The notes beneath the pieces were generated by a model. That model was not told the origin of the DNA. It worked only from the letters and a program-made list of their open reading frames with translations, and made no database searches. A program made the position numbers and the translations under genes. DNA of 30,694 nucleotides from Cyanobacteria bacterium J06626_4 (GTDB taxonomy: Bacteria; Cyanobacteriota; Cyanobacteriia; Phormidesmidales; Phormidesmidaceae): the NCBI GenBank assembly GCA_038523235.1, contig JBCBJQ010000068.1:1-30694 (forward strand), in the 5' to 3' direction. Shown here one piece after another: positions 20,523 to 29,199 of this stretch (the stretch's first letter is position 1; each line of letters opens with the position of its first letter).

Positions 20523-20927
20523 AAGTTTTATAGAACGCCTAAAAAAACGTAATTCATCGGGGAGACAAAATTACTTCAACGGGGGCTTGACTGCAGGCAA
20601 ATTAAATGCGACCAATCAAAAGCTTGTCTTAAATTTTTCTTAAGAAGCCCTAATTTGATCAACTCAAAAGCATTTTTATTGATGTCTGTAATATCTGCTC
20701 AAAAAGCCGGAAAGCATTTGTTGGCAGGCACTTTAGTAAATCATTCTGGTCGACATTTAGACGCAGCATGGACTAGTCATTCGGCGATATCTGTATTAGA
20801 TTACTCATTTTTGTTCTCAGCAGTTCAATTAAGTTCTATGCCATCTCGATTACAGGTTACGAAGACATCCCTTAAAGTGCTGTTTATTCAACCTTAATTT
20901 CTCTTTTTAAGATTTCAGGAGCTGACT

Positions 20928-22601
20928 ATGTTGAGCAACCCCCGAGGTTTGCGACGGTATCTGCGACGACTGTTACTAGCGGCCTTAGCCATGACCCTGG
21001 CACTGGTGCTGGCCAACTGCGGCGGCACCCCCAAGGAAGCCGCTGATCCGGCTGCGCCCGACGAAGCCGCGGCACCCGCTGACACAGGAGCGTTGGTGTT
21101 TGGGTCGGGCGGCCAACCGGTCAACCTAACATCGGGCAACATCACCGACGGCAACTCCATTTATGTGCAGCGCCAGATTTACAACTATCTAATTGGCACC
21201 GAACCGGGTACCACCGATTTGCAGCCCGAGCTGGTCACCGACTGGGTAGCTTCCGAGGATGCCCTGACCTGGACGTTTACGCTGCGCGAGGGCGTTAAAT
21301 TTCACGACGGCAGCGATCTCAATGCCGAGGCGGTGGTGTTTAATGTGCAGCGCTGGTGGGATCCCGAATTTGAATTTGGCTTTCGCGCCGAAGGCAACCT
21401 TTACGAAATTTGGACTGACCTCTTCGGTGGCTTTAAGGGCGATGAAAATTCCACGCTCGTAGACGTGCGGGCTGTTGATGACCTCACTATCGAGTTTGAG
21501 CTAGCAGAACCCTTCGCCGCCTTTCCAGCCGCCATTTCATCCGGTTATTTCGGCATTGCTAGCCCCACCGCGATGCAGGAAGCGGGGCCGAGCTACGGCA
21601 CACCCTCCGGCTTAGCTGTCGGGACGGGGCCGTTTGTGTTTAACGAGTGGCGCAGTGGCGATCGCATCCTGCTCTCCAGTTTTGCCGACTATTGGGATGG
21701 CCCACCCGCCACCGAACAGCTGGTGATTAGCTTTGTGGAAGATCCGGCGGCACGGCTGGCGCAGTTGCGCGCAGGCACGCTGGATTTCACCGTCGATCTC
21801 ACGCCCGATCAGCTACCCGAAATTGAGTCAGATCCGGCGCTAGAAGCGGTCTTTCGCCCTTCATTTAACGTCGGCTACCTAGCGCTAAATCCCACCTATG
21901 AGCCCTTGGCCTCGGTGGAAGTGCGGCAGGCGATCGCCCAAGCCATTAACAAAACCGCCATCGTCGATGCGTTTTGGGGCGAGCTGGGTCAAACCGATGG
22001 TCACTTTGTCCCCTCCTCTTTGGCAAACTACACCAGCGACGAGGTCGGCGATTACGAATACGATCCTGAAGCAGCCCAAGCGGCGATCGCTGAGGCGGGC
22101 TATCCCGATGGCTTTGAGCTGGATCTGTGGTACATGCCGGTGAGTCGGCCCTACTTCCCCAACCCCAAACCCATTGCCGAAGCCTTTGCGGCGGAGCTGA
22201 GCCAAATCGGCATTACCGTCAACCTGCAAACCAAGGACTGGGGCGCTTATCTGGAAGACCGCAACACGGCACCGGGATTTCAATCCTTCATGCTGGGCTG
22301 GACGGGGGATTATGGCGACCCCGACAACTTCCTCTATGCGCACTTTGGGCCGGGGGCCACGCAAGATCTCGGCGGTTATGAGGATGCTGAGCTGTTCGAC
22401 ATGCTGAATAAAGCGCGGGTCGCCAGTGACCCCACCGAGCGCGAGCAGATTTACAAAGATGTGGATGCCAAGCTGTTTGACAGCGCCCTGCGGATTCCCA
22501 TCGTGCATTCTCAGCCGCTGCTGGCGCAGCGTACCAACGTTACGGGCTGGACCCCCAGCCCACTCGGCTCGGAGTTCTTCTCCACCGTGGAGAAAAGCTA
22601 G
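20928..22601 (+). CDS. dppA: Peptide ABC transporter substrate-binding lipoprotein (family 5, DppA-like)
   Basis: Lipobox LANC, FTLREGVKFHDGS, GTGPF, MPVSRPYFPNP, GWTGDYGDPDNF. Confidence 0.92.
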   Translation: MLSNPRGLRRYLRRLLLAALAMTLALVLANCGGTPKEAADPAAPDEAAAPADTGALVFGSGGQPVNLTSGNITDGNSIYVQRQIYNYLIGTEPGTTDLQPELVTDWVASEDALTWTFTLREGVKFHDGSDLNAEAVVFNVQRWWDPEFEFGFRAEGNLYEIWTDLFGGFKGDENSTLVDVRAVDDLTIEFELAEPFAAFPAAISSGYFGIASPTAMQEAGPSYGTPSGLAVGTGPFVFNEWRSGDRILLSSFADYWDGPPATEQLVISFVEDPAARLAQLRAGTLDFTVDLTPDQLPEIESDPALEAVFRPSFNVGYLALNPTYEPLASVEVRQAIAQAINKTAIVDAFWGELGQTDGHFVPSSLANYTSDEVGDYEYDPEAAQAAIAEAGYPDGFELDLWYMPVSRPYFPNPKPIAEAFAAELSQIGITVNLQTKDWGAYLEDRNTAPGFQSFMLGWTGDYGDPDNFLYAHFGPGATQDLGGYEDAELFDMLNKARVASDPTEREQIYKDVDAKLFDSALRIPIVHSQPLLAQRTNVTGWTPSPLGSEFFSTVEKS

Positions 22602-22621
22602 GACATAGAAAGTCAACGAGT

Positions 22622-22644
22622 GGGATAGCCATCACGGCTATCCC
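22622..22644. terminator. Hairpin downstream of dppA (terminator or mRNA stabiliser)
   Basis: GGGATAGCC-ATCAC-GGCTATCCC perfect 9-bp stem; no clear U-tract. Confidence 0.5.
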
Positions 22645-22722
22645 CGTTCAGGCAGGATGCCTAACTGGCAAAACACAGTCCTAGTGCCACTAAGGCTCGG
22701 AAATTAAATAATGCGCTGATTT

Positions 22723-22816
22723 ATCCCCTCTTGGGAGGGGTGCCCGCAGGGCGGGGTGGGTTTCAATTACTCGCACTATCGGCCAACCCACCCCGTTGCC
22801 CCTCCCAGGAGGGGAT
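22723..22816. repeat. Cyanobacterial REP/MITE-like palindromic element, copy 2 (inverted relative to copy 1)
   Basis: ATCCCCTCTTGGGAGGGG...GGGGTGGGTT...AACCCACCCC...CCCCTCCCAGGAGGGGAT. Confidence 0.85.
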
Positions 22817-22914
22817 ATGACATCCGGCTTTGCTTCAAAGCAAATCACGGAATTTGTTAAATTGTCATTCCCAAGTTCTCAAAGTCCTCAAAGTCCCCAC
22901 TGAGTACATCCACC

Positions 22915-23925
22915 ATGGGTCGCTATATCTTTGCCCGCTTACTGCGGTTAATTCCCGTTTTGCTAGGCATTTCCCTACTGGTCTTTTTGTTTTTGCATCT
23001 GATTCCTGGAGATCCGGCGGTGACGATGCTGGGCGATCGCGCCACGCCTGAGCAGGTCGAGGTACTGCGTGAGCGGATGGGGTTAAACGAACCTTTACCG
23101 TTGCAGTACCTGTCCTTTTTGGGGAGTTTGCTGAGCTTCAATCTGGGCACCAGCATTTTTACCGGCGTGCCCATTTGGGATGAAATTTTGCTACGCTGGC
23201 CCGCCACCTTCGAGCTCTCCGTCATCGCCATGCTGATTGCCCTGGTGGTGGGCATTCCCGCTGGCGTCATCGCCGCCGTTCGCAAAAACAGCCTAATCGA
23301 TAACGTGATGATGAGCGGTTCGCTGCTGGGGGTCTCGATGCCGGTGTATTGGCTGGGGTTGCTGCTGGTGTACCTGTTTGCCGTCAACCTGCAATGGCTG
23401 CCCGCCAGCGGTCGCCTCGGGGTCGATGTCGGCTTCACCTTTGAACCGATCACGGGCTTTTTCATTTTTGATGCCTTGATTCAGGGCGACTTTACTGCTT
23501 TTGGCAACATCGTGTCGCACCTGGTTTTGCCTGCCGTGACGCTCAGCACCATTCCCCTCGCGATTTTGGCTCGCATCACTCGCAGTGCCATGCTCGAAGT
23601 GCTGTCTCAAGACTACATTCGCACCGCGCGCGCGAAGGGCGTGTTGGAATTTTGGGTGGTGGCTAAACATGCCCTCAAAAATGCCATGCTGCCTGTGGTC
23701 ACCATTGTGGGGCTGGAGTTTGGCACCCTGCTCGGTGGGGCGATTTTGACGGAAACGATCTTCTCTTGGCCGGGTATCGGCAAGTGGATTTATGAAGGCA
23801 TTTTGCTGCGCGACTATCCGGTGGTGCAGGGCGGCATCGTGTTTGTGGCCTTTGTCTTTGTCTTGGTGAACTTACTGGTCGATATTTCCTACGCCTTTTT
23901 AGATCCGCGAATTCAGTACAAATAA
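22915..23925 (+). CDS. dppB: Peptide ABC transporter permease DppB
   Basis: IPGDPA, RITRSAMLEVLSQDYIRTARAKG (EAA loop), ETIFSWPGIG, RDYPVVQG. Confidence 0.94.
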   Translation: MGRYIFARLLRLIPVLLGISLLVFLFLHLIPGDPAVTMLGDRATPEQVEVLRERMGLNEPLPLQYLSFLGSLLSFNLGTSIFTGVPIWDEILLRWPATFELSVIAMLIALVVGIPAGVIAAVRKNSLIDNVMMSGSLLGVSMPVYWLGLLLVYLFAVNLQWLPASGRLGVDVGFTFEPITGFFIFDALIQGDFTAFGNIVSHLVLPAVTLSTIPLAILARITRSAMLEVLSQDYIRTARAKGVLEFWVVAKHALKNAMLPVVTIVGLEFGTLLGGAILTETIFSWPGIGKWIYEGILLRDYPVVQGGIVFVAFVFVLVNLLVDISYAFLDPRIQYK

Positions 23926-24144
23926 TGGTTTTCTGAGGTCAGGCAAGATGCCTAACCAACTCTCTGACTTCCGCTCACCGATTCTTCTACCCGCCGACCC
24001 ATCCACCCGGCACCCTTCCGCGCTTCACCCACCCCGTACGGGCGAGACATTTTCGGATATATGTTTTGATCTAAACCGAAATATTTGAGCGAAAATGCCT
24101 CGCCCCTCCAGCCGCTATCCATCCACCCATTCTCCCAACCGCCC

Positions 24145-25029
24145 ATGACCACCACGATCGCCCCCAGCCGCCTGACCCGATTTAAAAACAATCGCGCAGT
24201 GCAACGATTTGCCGAATCGACCTCGGGCCTAATTGGCCTCGGGCTAACGATTTTCATCGGTTTGGCAGCGCTGCTGGCTCCGGTGCTGAATCCTTACGAT
24301 CCGACCACCGATCGCGACTATGCCGCCCGCCTGCAAGGCCCCAGTTGGGAACATTGGTTTGGTGCTGACGGTTTGGGCCGCGACATTTTGACCCTGGTTT
24401 GGTACGGCCTCAGAACGTCGTTGGTAATTGGTCTGGTGTCGGTGCTATTGGGCTTGATTATCGGGGTCAGCCTCGGCCTCGCTGCCGGTTACTTTCGCGG
24501 CTGGATCGAAGGCGTCGTCGGCTGGCTGACCGATGTCATGCTGGCGTTTCCCTCCATTTTGCTGGCAATCGCCGTCGTCACCATCACCGGCCCCAGCGTG
24601 GTCAGCGTCATGATGGCCGTCGGCATCGTGCAAATCCCTAAATTCATTCGCCTCACTCGCAGCATGGTGCTCTCGCTGCGCGAACAGGAGTTTGTGCAAA
24701 CCGTCCGGGCCTTTGGTGCCCAGCCGCCACGCATCATTTTTCTGCATATTTTGCCTGCCAGTCTCGCGCCGATTGTAGTGCAGTCCACGCTGGCGATCGG
24801 CACCGCCACGTTAGAAGCCGCCGGACTCGGCTTTTTGGGTCTGGGGGCACAACCGCCCACACCCGAACTGGGCACCATGCTCTCGGACGCCTTTAAAGGG
24901 GGCTATTCGCTTTCCGCCCCGTGGACGATTCTGTTTCCCGGCTTATTCATTACGCTGACGGTACTGGCCTTTAACCTGTTGGGCGATGGCCTGCGCGACG
25001 CCCTTGACCCGAAAGGCAGCCGCGGCTAG
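24145..25029 (+). CDS. dppC: Peptide ABC transporter permease DppC
   Basis: HWFGADGLGRD, LGFLGLGAQPPTPELG, FNLLGDGLRDALDP. Start placed at ATG 24145. Confidence 0.94.
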   Translation: MTTTIAPSRLTRFKNNRAVQRFAESTSGLIGLGLTIFIGLAALLAPVLNPYDPTTDRDYAARLQGPSWEHWFGADGLGRDILTLVWYGLRTSLVIGLVSVLLGLIIGVSLGLAAGYFRGWIEGVVGWLTDVMLAFPSILLAIAVVTITGPSVVSVMMAVGIVQIPKFIRLTRSMVLSLREQEFVQTVRAFGAQPPRIIFLHILPASLAPIVVQSTLAIGTATLEAAGLGFLGLGAQPPTPELGTMLSDAFKGGYSLSAPWTILFPGLFITLTVLAFNLLGDGLRDALDPKGSRG

Positions 25030-25044
25030 GTGTTCGCGATCGCG

Positions 25045-25092
25045 GCCTAACGATCCGGTTACACCCGATGCAGCAGTCAGTCCTGGTTAGCC
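25045..25092 (+). other. Truncated attC-like site
   Basis: R''-like GCCTAAC (25045-25051) and R'-like GTTAGCC (25086-25092). Only 48 bp, and the L boxes do not pair cleanly. Confidence 0.45.
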
Positions 25093-25138
25093 TTAGAATC
25101 CTTCAGTGTGGACACACCAGGACGGGATAGACAAAGAC

Positions 25139-25312
25139 ATGGAGCCGATCCTACTGAACTCGACAGACGAACAAGCGGTGGAAGAGTTGGTGGCATCTCT
25201 CATGCAGACCCAGCCCACTGAGTACACTGTCCTGAATGAGCATCAAGAGGACATCACCCACGAGATCAAGAAGCTCGTATCCCTCAAGACCCGCATGATG
25301 AAAGGCCGATAG
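25139..25312 (+). CDS. Small hypothetical protein (57 aa), cassette-like
   Basis: Protein-like composition, lies just after an R'-like box, and the stop is followed by GCCTAAA (R''-like). Confidence 0.45.
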   Translation: MEPILLNSTDEQAVEELVASLMQTQPTEYTVLNEHQEDITHEIKKLVSLKTRMMKGR

Positions 25313-25467
25313 CCTAAAAACTATGTACTCTCTCGCGTAAAATCCACGAGCCAGCTCTCGCAACACAGCAGCGACCATTGGCCATAGCCAATCGTTGAAA
25401 TTGATGGGTTTGGGTTCCCCATCAACCCGAGCAGTAGTGTTTATCGACAGTTTTTAGCAAAGTTTTC

Positions 25468-25901
25468 ATGTCGTCTGATCCAGCTATTCAGGTTGAGCTA
25501 CAGGAATTCGAGGGTGTCTGCTTCATCGTCGGGCATGAATCCGGTGTGGAGTATGCGCTCAATGCGGCGGACTGTCGTGCGAACAGCGCCAGATGCAAGG
25601 CTTTCTCGTGCCCTGTCCGCTCTCTGTGGCCATTCGTGAACAACTCTATGCGCACTTTTACACCAGGCCTAAATACCGAGGCCATGGTTACAGCGGGCTG
25701 GACGAAGAAGACGCGGAGTTAATCGATGATTTGCTGGCGTCGGTGGACTATGCAGGACTCTCGGTCGATCGCGACCAACTTAGCAGATCGGTGGAAGCCT
25801 GGGTCTACCTCAAGGTCAATGTCGATTATCCCTGCATTCCTTATTGCTGGAATTCAGACTCGACTTCGACAGTCGTCATGGTCTGGGAAAACAGCGATTA
25901 A
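25468..25901 (+). pseudogene. Frameshifted DUF6210-like gene
   Basis: ORFs 25468 and 25593 join through a 1-nt frameshift near 25555-25557, giving ..SGVEY-x-AQCGGLSC..GFLVP..DEEDAELID..VDR..S.EAWVY..WENSD. Confidence 0.7.
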
Positions 25902-25922
25902 CGTACTATTAAATACTTTCAA

Positions 25923-25958
25923 ATCTCTTCTGTAATTCAAGGCAATTACAGAAGAGAT
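25923..25958. terminator. Perfect 15-bp hairpin
   Basis: ATCTCTTCTGTAATT-CAAGGC-AATTACAGAAGAGAT, 21 nt after the DUF6210-like stop. Confidence 0.6.
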
Positions 25959-26117
25959 GACTATACTGAACTCATCTACCCAATCATCAATATAAGTGAA
26001 TTAGCTGTTGTATTCCTACACAAACACCCAATTAGCTTTTTAGACGGAAGATTTTCGGCCCCAAAAATCATAAAAGAACGATATGGAATAGTTCTCTCTA
26101 CTAAATAGTTCTGTGAC

Positions 26118-26606
26118 ATGAGCAATTCCCTAACAATCCGAATCGTCAAAGCCTACGAAGCTGAAGAAATCAGCGAGTTAGCCATGCGATCAAAAGCCTA
26201 CTGGGGATATTCAGAATCATTTATGGAAGCCTGTCGTAAGGAACTAACCGTTACCGCTCAAGCAATGAACTCAGCTGACGTGCACTATTTGGTCGCAGAA
26301 AAGAACTCAGAATTAATAGGATATTACGCAGTTGAAAAGCTGAGCGATCACAAATTTGAATTGGCAGCCTTGTTCGTTGAACCAACGTTCATTGGGCAGG
26401 GGATCGGTAGAGGATTGATGGATCATGCAAAAAAACTGGTCAAAAAACTAGGCGGCAAGACGTTAATTATTCAGGGCGACCCTAATGCTGAGAGATTTTA
26501 TCGCGCAGCCGGGGGCAAACCAAGCGGCATGAGAGAATCGGCAAGTGTTTCTGGCCGCAGCTTGCCGTTATTCACAATAGATTTGATGAGTGACGATGCG
26601 GCATGA
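26118..26606 (+). CDS. GNAT family N-acetyltransferase (cassette-like)
   Basis: RSKAYWGY, LFVEPTFIGQGIGRGL (acetyl-CoA motif A), DPNAERFY. Confidence 0.92.
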   Translation: MSNSLTIRIVKAYEAEEISELAMRSKAYWGYSESFMEACRKELTVTAQAMNSADVHYLVAEKNSELIGYYAVEKLSDHKFELAALFVEPTFIGQGIGRGLMDHAKKLVKKLGGKTLIIQGDPNAERFYRAAGGKPSGMRESASVSGRSLPLFTIDLMSDDAA

Positions 26607-26658
26607 TGAGCGCATGCCGTCGGATGCGGTAAAGTCGCGCCGCTGATGAGGGCGAGGC
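26601..26658 (+). other. Degenerate attC site
   Basis: GCATGAT-GAGCG-CATGCCGTCGG...CCGCTGATG-AGGGC-GAGGC overlaps the GNAT stop. L-box pairing with an extra G is still visible; R'' (AAC to GAT) and R' (TT missing) are mutated. Confidence 0.65.
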
Positions 26659-26672
26659 AAACGAGATCGAAC

Positions 26673-27413
26673 ATGACAATCAAGGTTGGTGAGGTAGAGG
26701 CGCTCTTTCGGTATCCCGTGAAGTCCATGGCGGGTGAGGCGCTTGAGGCAGCCGAGCTGGGCTGGCATGGTCTTGAGGGCGATCGCCGCTTGGCGTTTCG
26801 TCGGCTTGACGATCGCCATGGCTTCCCTTGGCTAACTGCCTCCAAGCTGCCAGAGCTGATTCTGTTCACGCCGGTGCGTCGGGGAGCTGACGCTGCTGCT
26901 GGCGGTCTGCCGACGCATGTGCGCACGCCAGGCGGAGAGGAACTGGCTCTGTTCGGCCCGGAACTGGCCGCTGAAGTCAGCCGTCAACATGGCTCGCCGG
27001 TCGAGATGATGCACCTCAACCGGGGCATTTTTGACGAAGCGAGCATTTCCGCAATCACGTCTGCCACGGTCAGCAAGATTGCCGAACTTGCGGGGCACCC
27101 TCCAGATGTCCGCCGATTCCGACCCAATATTCTGATCTCGTCGCCGCCCGCCATTCCCTTTGAGGAAGACGCCTGGGTAGGAGGGGTGCTGTCGTTTGGA
27201 AAAGGTGATGCGGCCGCCGCGATCGCCGTCACCAATTGGGATGAGCGCTGCTCAATGGTCAACTTTGATCCAGATTCGGGACTTCGCACACCGGAAGTTC
27301 TCAAGGCGGTGGTGCGGGAGCGGGGCAACAAAGCTGGGGTCTACGGCACCGTGATTCGGCGCGGACGCCTGGCAGTAGGCCAGCCGCTCTATTTCACACC
27401 ACCCGTCAAATAG
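26673..27413 (+). CDS. MOSC domain-containing protein
   Basis: RYPVKSMAGE, GDRR, RRFRPNI, conserved RC. GC-rich relative to its neighbours. Confidence 0.92.
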   Translation: MTIKVGEVEALFRYPVKSMAGEALEAAELGWHGLEGDRRLAFRRLDDRHGFPWLTASKLPELILFTPVRRGADAAAGGLPTHVRTPGGEELALFGPELAAEVSRQHGSPVEMMHLNRGIFDEASISAITSATVSKIAELAGHPPDVRRFRPNILISSPPAIPFEEDAWVGGVLSFGKGDAAAAIAVTNWDERCSMVNFDPDSGLRTPEVLKAVVRERGNKAGVYGTVIRRGRLAVGQPLYFTPPVK

Positions 27414-27450
27414 CAGGGGTCACGATGACGCGACGACCCCATGTGCACGG

Positions 27451-27476
27451 CGCAGCTAAGCGCCGATCCGTTAATC
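27451..27476 (+). other. Right arm of an attC-like site
   Basis: CGCAGCTAAGCGCCGATCC-GTTAATC resembles L'-spacer-R'. No matching left arm found. Confidence 0.4.
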
Positions 27477-27521
27477 GTTTGCCCCTTTCAACTCTTTTCT
27501 GATCACAAAGGTTAAGTTGGC

Positions 27522-27601
27522 GCGATCGTCCCACTTCATCTTAGGAATGCGATCGCAACTGTATACGTCTCGCTCACTCTTGACCTCAAGTTAGCTGGAG
27601 C
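27522..27601 (+). repeat. 80-bp HIP1-containing direct repeat, copy A
   Basis: Ungapped alignment to 28904-28983, 67/80 identical by manual count. Confidence 0.9.
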
Positions 27602-27653
27602 TTGAAATACCACAGCTGCATCGATCCACAGCAACACCTTGATCATGCCCGCA

Positions 27654-27974
27654 TCAGTCCGTCTTGATATTCAATGATGCTTTTAGCCAAGCGGCATATT
27701 CGGCCAGCGCCTCTTCATTACGTGAGCAATAGGTCCATTTCTGCTGTCGCTTCGCATGAATGAAACCAGCCCGTTTCAACAGCTCGATATGTCGACTCAT
27801 CGTCGGCTGACTCACACCGAAATGCTCGGCGATGAGCTGAACACAAACCCCTGTCTCGACCGGGTCCGCAGACTCCTGCTTCGCGAAATGCTCAAGCGGA
27901 CGGTCGAGCAGGCGCAGGATTTCGAGCCGCGTTTGGTTGGCGATCGCCTTGACTTGATCTTCTCTATTGGCCAT
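27654..27974 (-). CDS. ArsR/SmtB family transcriptional regulator
   Basis: KAIANQTRLEILRLL, GVCVQLIAEHFGVSQPTMSRHIELLKRAGFI. Confidence 0.9.
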   Translation of the reverse strand: MANREDQVKAIANQTRLEILRLLDRPLEHFAKQESADPVETGVCVQLIAEHFGVSQPTMSRHIELLKRAGFIHAKRQQKWTYCSRNEEALAEYAAWLKASLNIKTD

Positions 27975-27980
27975 GCCATA

Positions 27981-28010
27981 AATATATATAGCAAATTAGC
28001 TATATGTCAA
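27981..28010. promoter_or_regulatory. ArsR operator palindrome overlapping the divergent promoter
   Basis: ATATAGCAAATTAGCTATAT (27986-28005, 18/20 palindromic). Minus-strand TTGACA (28010-28005) and TATATT (27986-27981) just ahead of the arsR ATG. Confidence 0.7.
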
Positions 28011-28032
28011 TTTATATTCAGAGGAGGCTTCG

Positions 28033-28842
28033 ATGCTGCAGCTTAAAGAGCGGTTTTCTTTCGATGGCCAGTCCATTGCGTGGGGTTCAATGGGCGCAGG
28101 CGATCCGATTGTCCTTGTTCACGGTTTCCCTTGGTCGGCCCAAGCCTGGCGGGCGATCGCGCCTTGGTTGGCGAAGACGCACCAGGTCTTTTACTTTGAC
28201 ATGTTGGGAACGGGGCTTTCAGAAAAGGGTGCAACGCAGAATGTCGCGGAATCGGTCCAGAGCAACCTCCTTGAAGCCCTCATCAGGTATTGGAAATTAA
28301 AGCGGCCACAAGTCGTCGGCCACGATTTCGGCGGGTTGGCAGCATTACGTTGTCATTTCGTCAACGGCATTGAGTATGGCAAACTCCATCTCGTTAACGC
28401 GGTTGCCGTATTGCCATCAGGGTCACCGCTCTACGCACATGTTGCAAATTACGAACCCGCATTTGCCGGTTTGCCGGACTATGCCCACGAAGCCTTATTC
28501 CGTGCCTATATTCAGGCTGCTGCCCACTATCCGCTGCGAGAAGAATCGATCCGTTTATATTTTGAACCTTGGTCAGGCGAGGTCGGGAAGGCAGCCTTTT
28601 ATCGCCAGATCGCACAAGCGGATCTCGGTAATATCGAGGCAGCCCAGAAGCTCTATGGACCCACAGATTTCGACGTGCACATCAGCTGGGGCATGCGGGA
28701 TACATTCATTCCATCGGCACAAGGCCGACAAGTACACCAGCTTTTGCAGGCCAAGAGCTTCACGCCAATTGATGACGCCGCACACATGGTGCACGAAGAC
28801 TCGCCCGCCGCACTGTTGGGGGCGTTGCTGCAGAGTATCTAA
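28033..28842 (+). CDS. Alpha/beta fold hydrolase (Asp-nucleophile type, epoxide hydrolase/dehalogenase-like)
   Basis: HGFPW, DMLGTGLS, GHDFGG, C-terminal AHMVHED. Strong SD GAGGAGG. Confidence 0.9.
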   Translation: MLQLKERFSFDGQSIAWGSMGAGDPIVLVHGFPWSAQAWRAIAPWLAKTHQVFYFDMLGTGLSEKGATQNVAESVQSNLLEALIRYWKLKRPQVVGHDFGGLAALRCHFVNGIEYGKLHLVNAVAVLPSGSPLYAHVANYEPAFAGLPDYAHEALFRAYIQAAAHYPLREESIRLYFEPWSGEVGKAAFYRQIAQADLGNIEAAQKLYGPTDFDVHISWGMRDTFIPSAQGRQVHQLLQAKSFTPIDDAAHMVHEDSPAALLGALLQSI

Positions 28843-28903
28843 TGAGCGTGCTCGATTGCGCCAGAGCGTTCGTGCGCGACGTGACCACAATCAAGTGAGA
28901 TGA

Positions 28904-28983
28904 GCGATCGCCTCACATCATCTTGGGAATGCGATCGCAACTGTCTACGTCTCACTTGCTCTCGATCTCAGGCTAGCTGGGGC
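28904..28983 (+). repeat. 80-bp HIP1-containing direct repeat, copy B
   Basis: Matches 27522-27601 and carries two perfect GCGATCGC sites. Confidence 0.9.
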
Positions 28984-29062
28984 ATTCTTTTAAGTTGAAA
29001 TGCCGGAGCCGCACCGATTGCCGTACCTGGTCGAGCAAGCGGGGTGTCTGTATTTGAGTCAT
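28973..29062 (-). pseudogene. intI: Truncated integron integrase, N-terminal 25 codons only
   Basis: MTQIQTPRLLDQVRQSVRLRHFNLK matches the IntI N-terminal pattern (P+LLDQVR..IR.+H[YF]S.+TE). Divergent from an attI-like site and an attC cassette. Confidence 0.8.
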
Positions 29063-29199
29063 GACGAACAGATCATGAACAATAGCGTCATCTGGGATGT
29101 CATTCGTCAAAAGTGCTGGATAACATCCTCCATTCCCAAAGGTGATTATCAAATCTGCTGTATGACCGCGGACAGATGGGACGTTCTTCGTCAGATCTG

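Larger units (their letters stand above)
2114..28938. repeat. Dispersed HIP1 octamers (GCGATCGC)
   Basis: Many copies, e.g. 2114, 2395, 2844, 3212, 25036, 26779, 27219, 27940, 28153, 28904. Hallmark of cyanobacterial DNA. Confidence 0.95.

Noticed and set aside
20523..20927. NtcA box in the dpp divergent promoter
   Set aside because: No GTA-N8-TAC match found by eye.
23960..24140. CCATCCAC-type low-complexity repeats and the N-terminal extension of dppC
   Set aside because: Too short and degenerate to define as an array. The extension is probably not translated.
21885..24878. Long antisense ORFs over the dpp genes (and likewise over pdh, ftn2 and MOSC)
   Set aside because: Shadow ORFs caused by GC-rich codon usage of the real genes.
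25895..27477. CGATTAAC (DUF6210 end) is the reverse complement of GTTAATCG (27470)
   Set aside because: Only 8 bp, and the order is wrong for the two ends of one cassette; may be chance.
27522..28983. 80-bp repeats as a CRISPR array or IS ends
   Set aside because: Only two direct copies 1.38 kb apart, with no spacer periodicity, cas gene or transposase.
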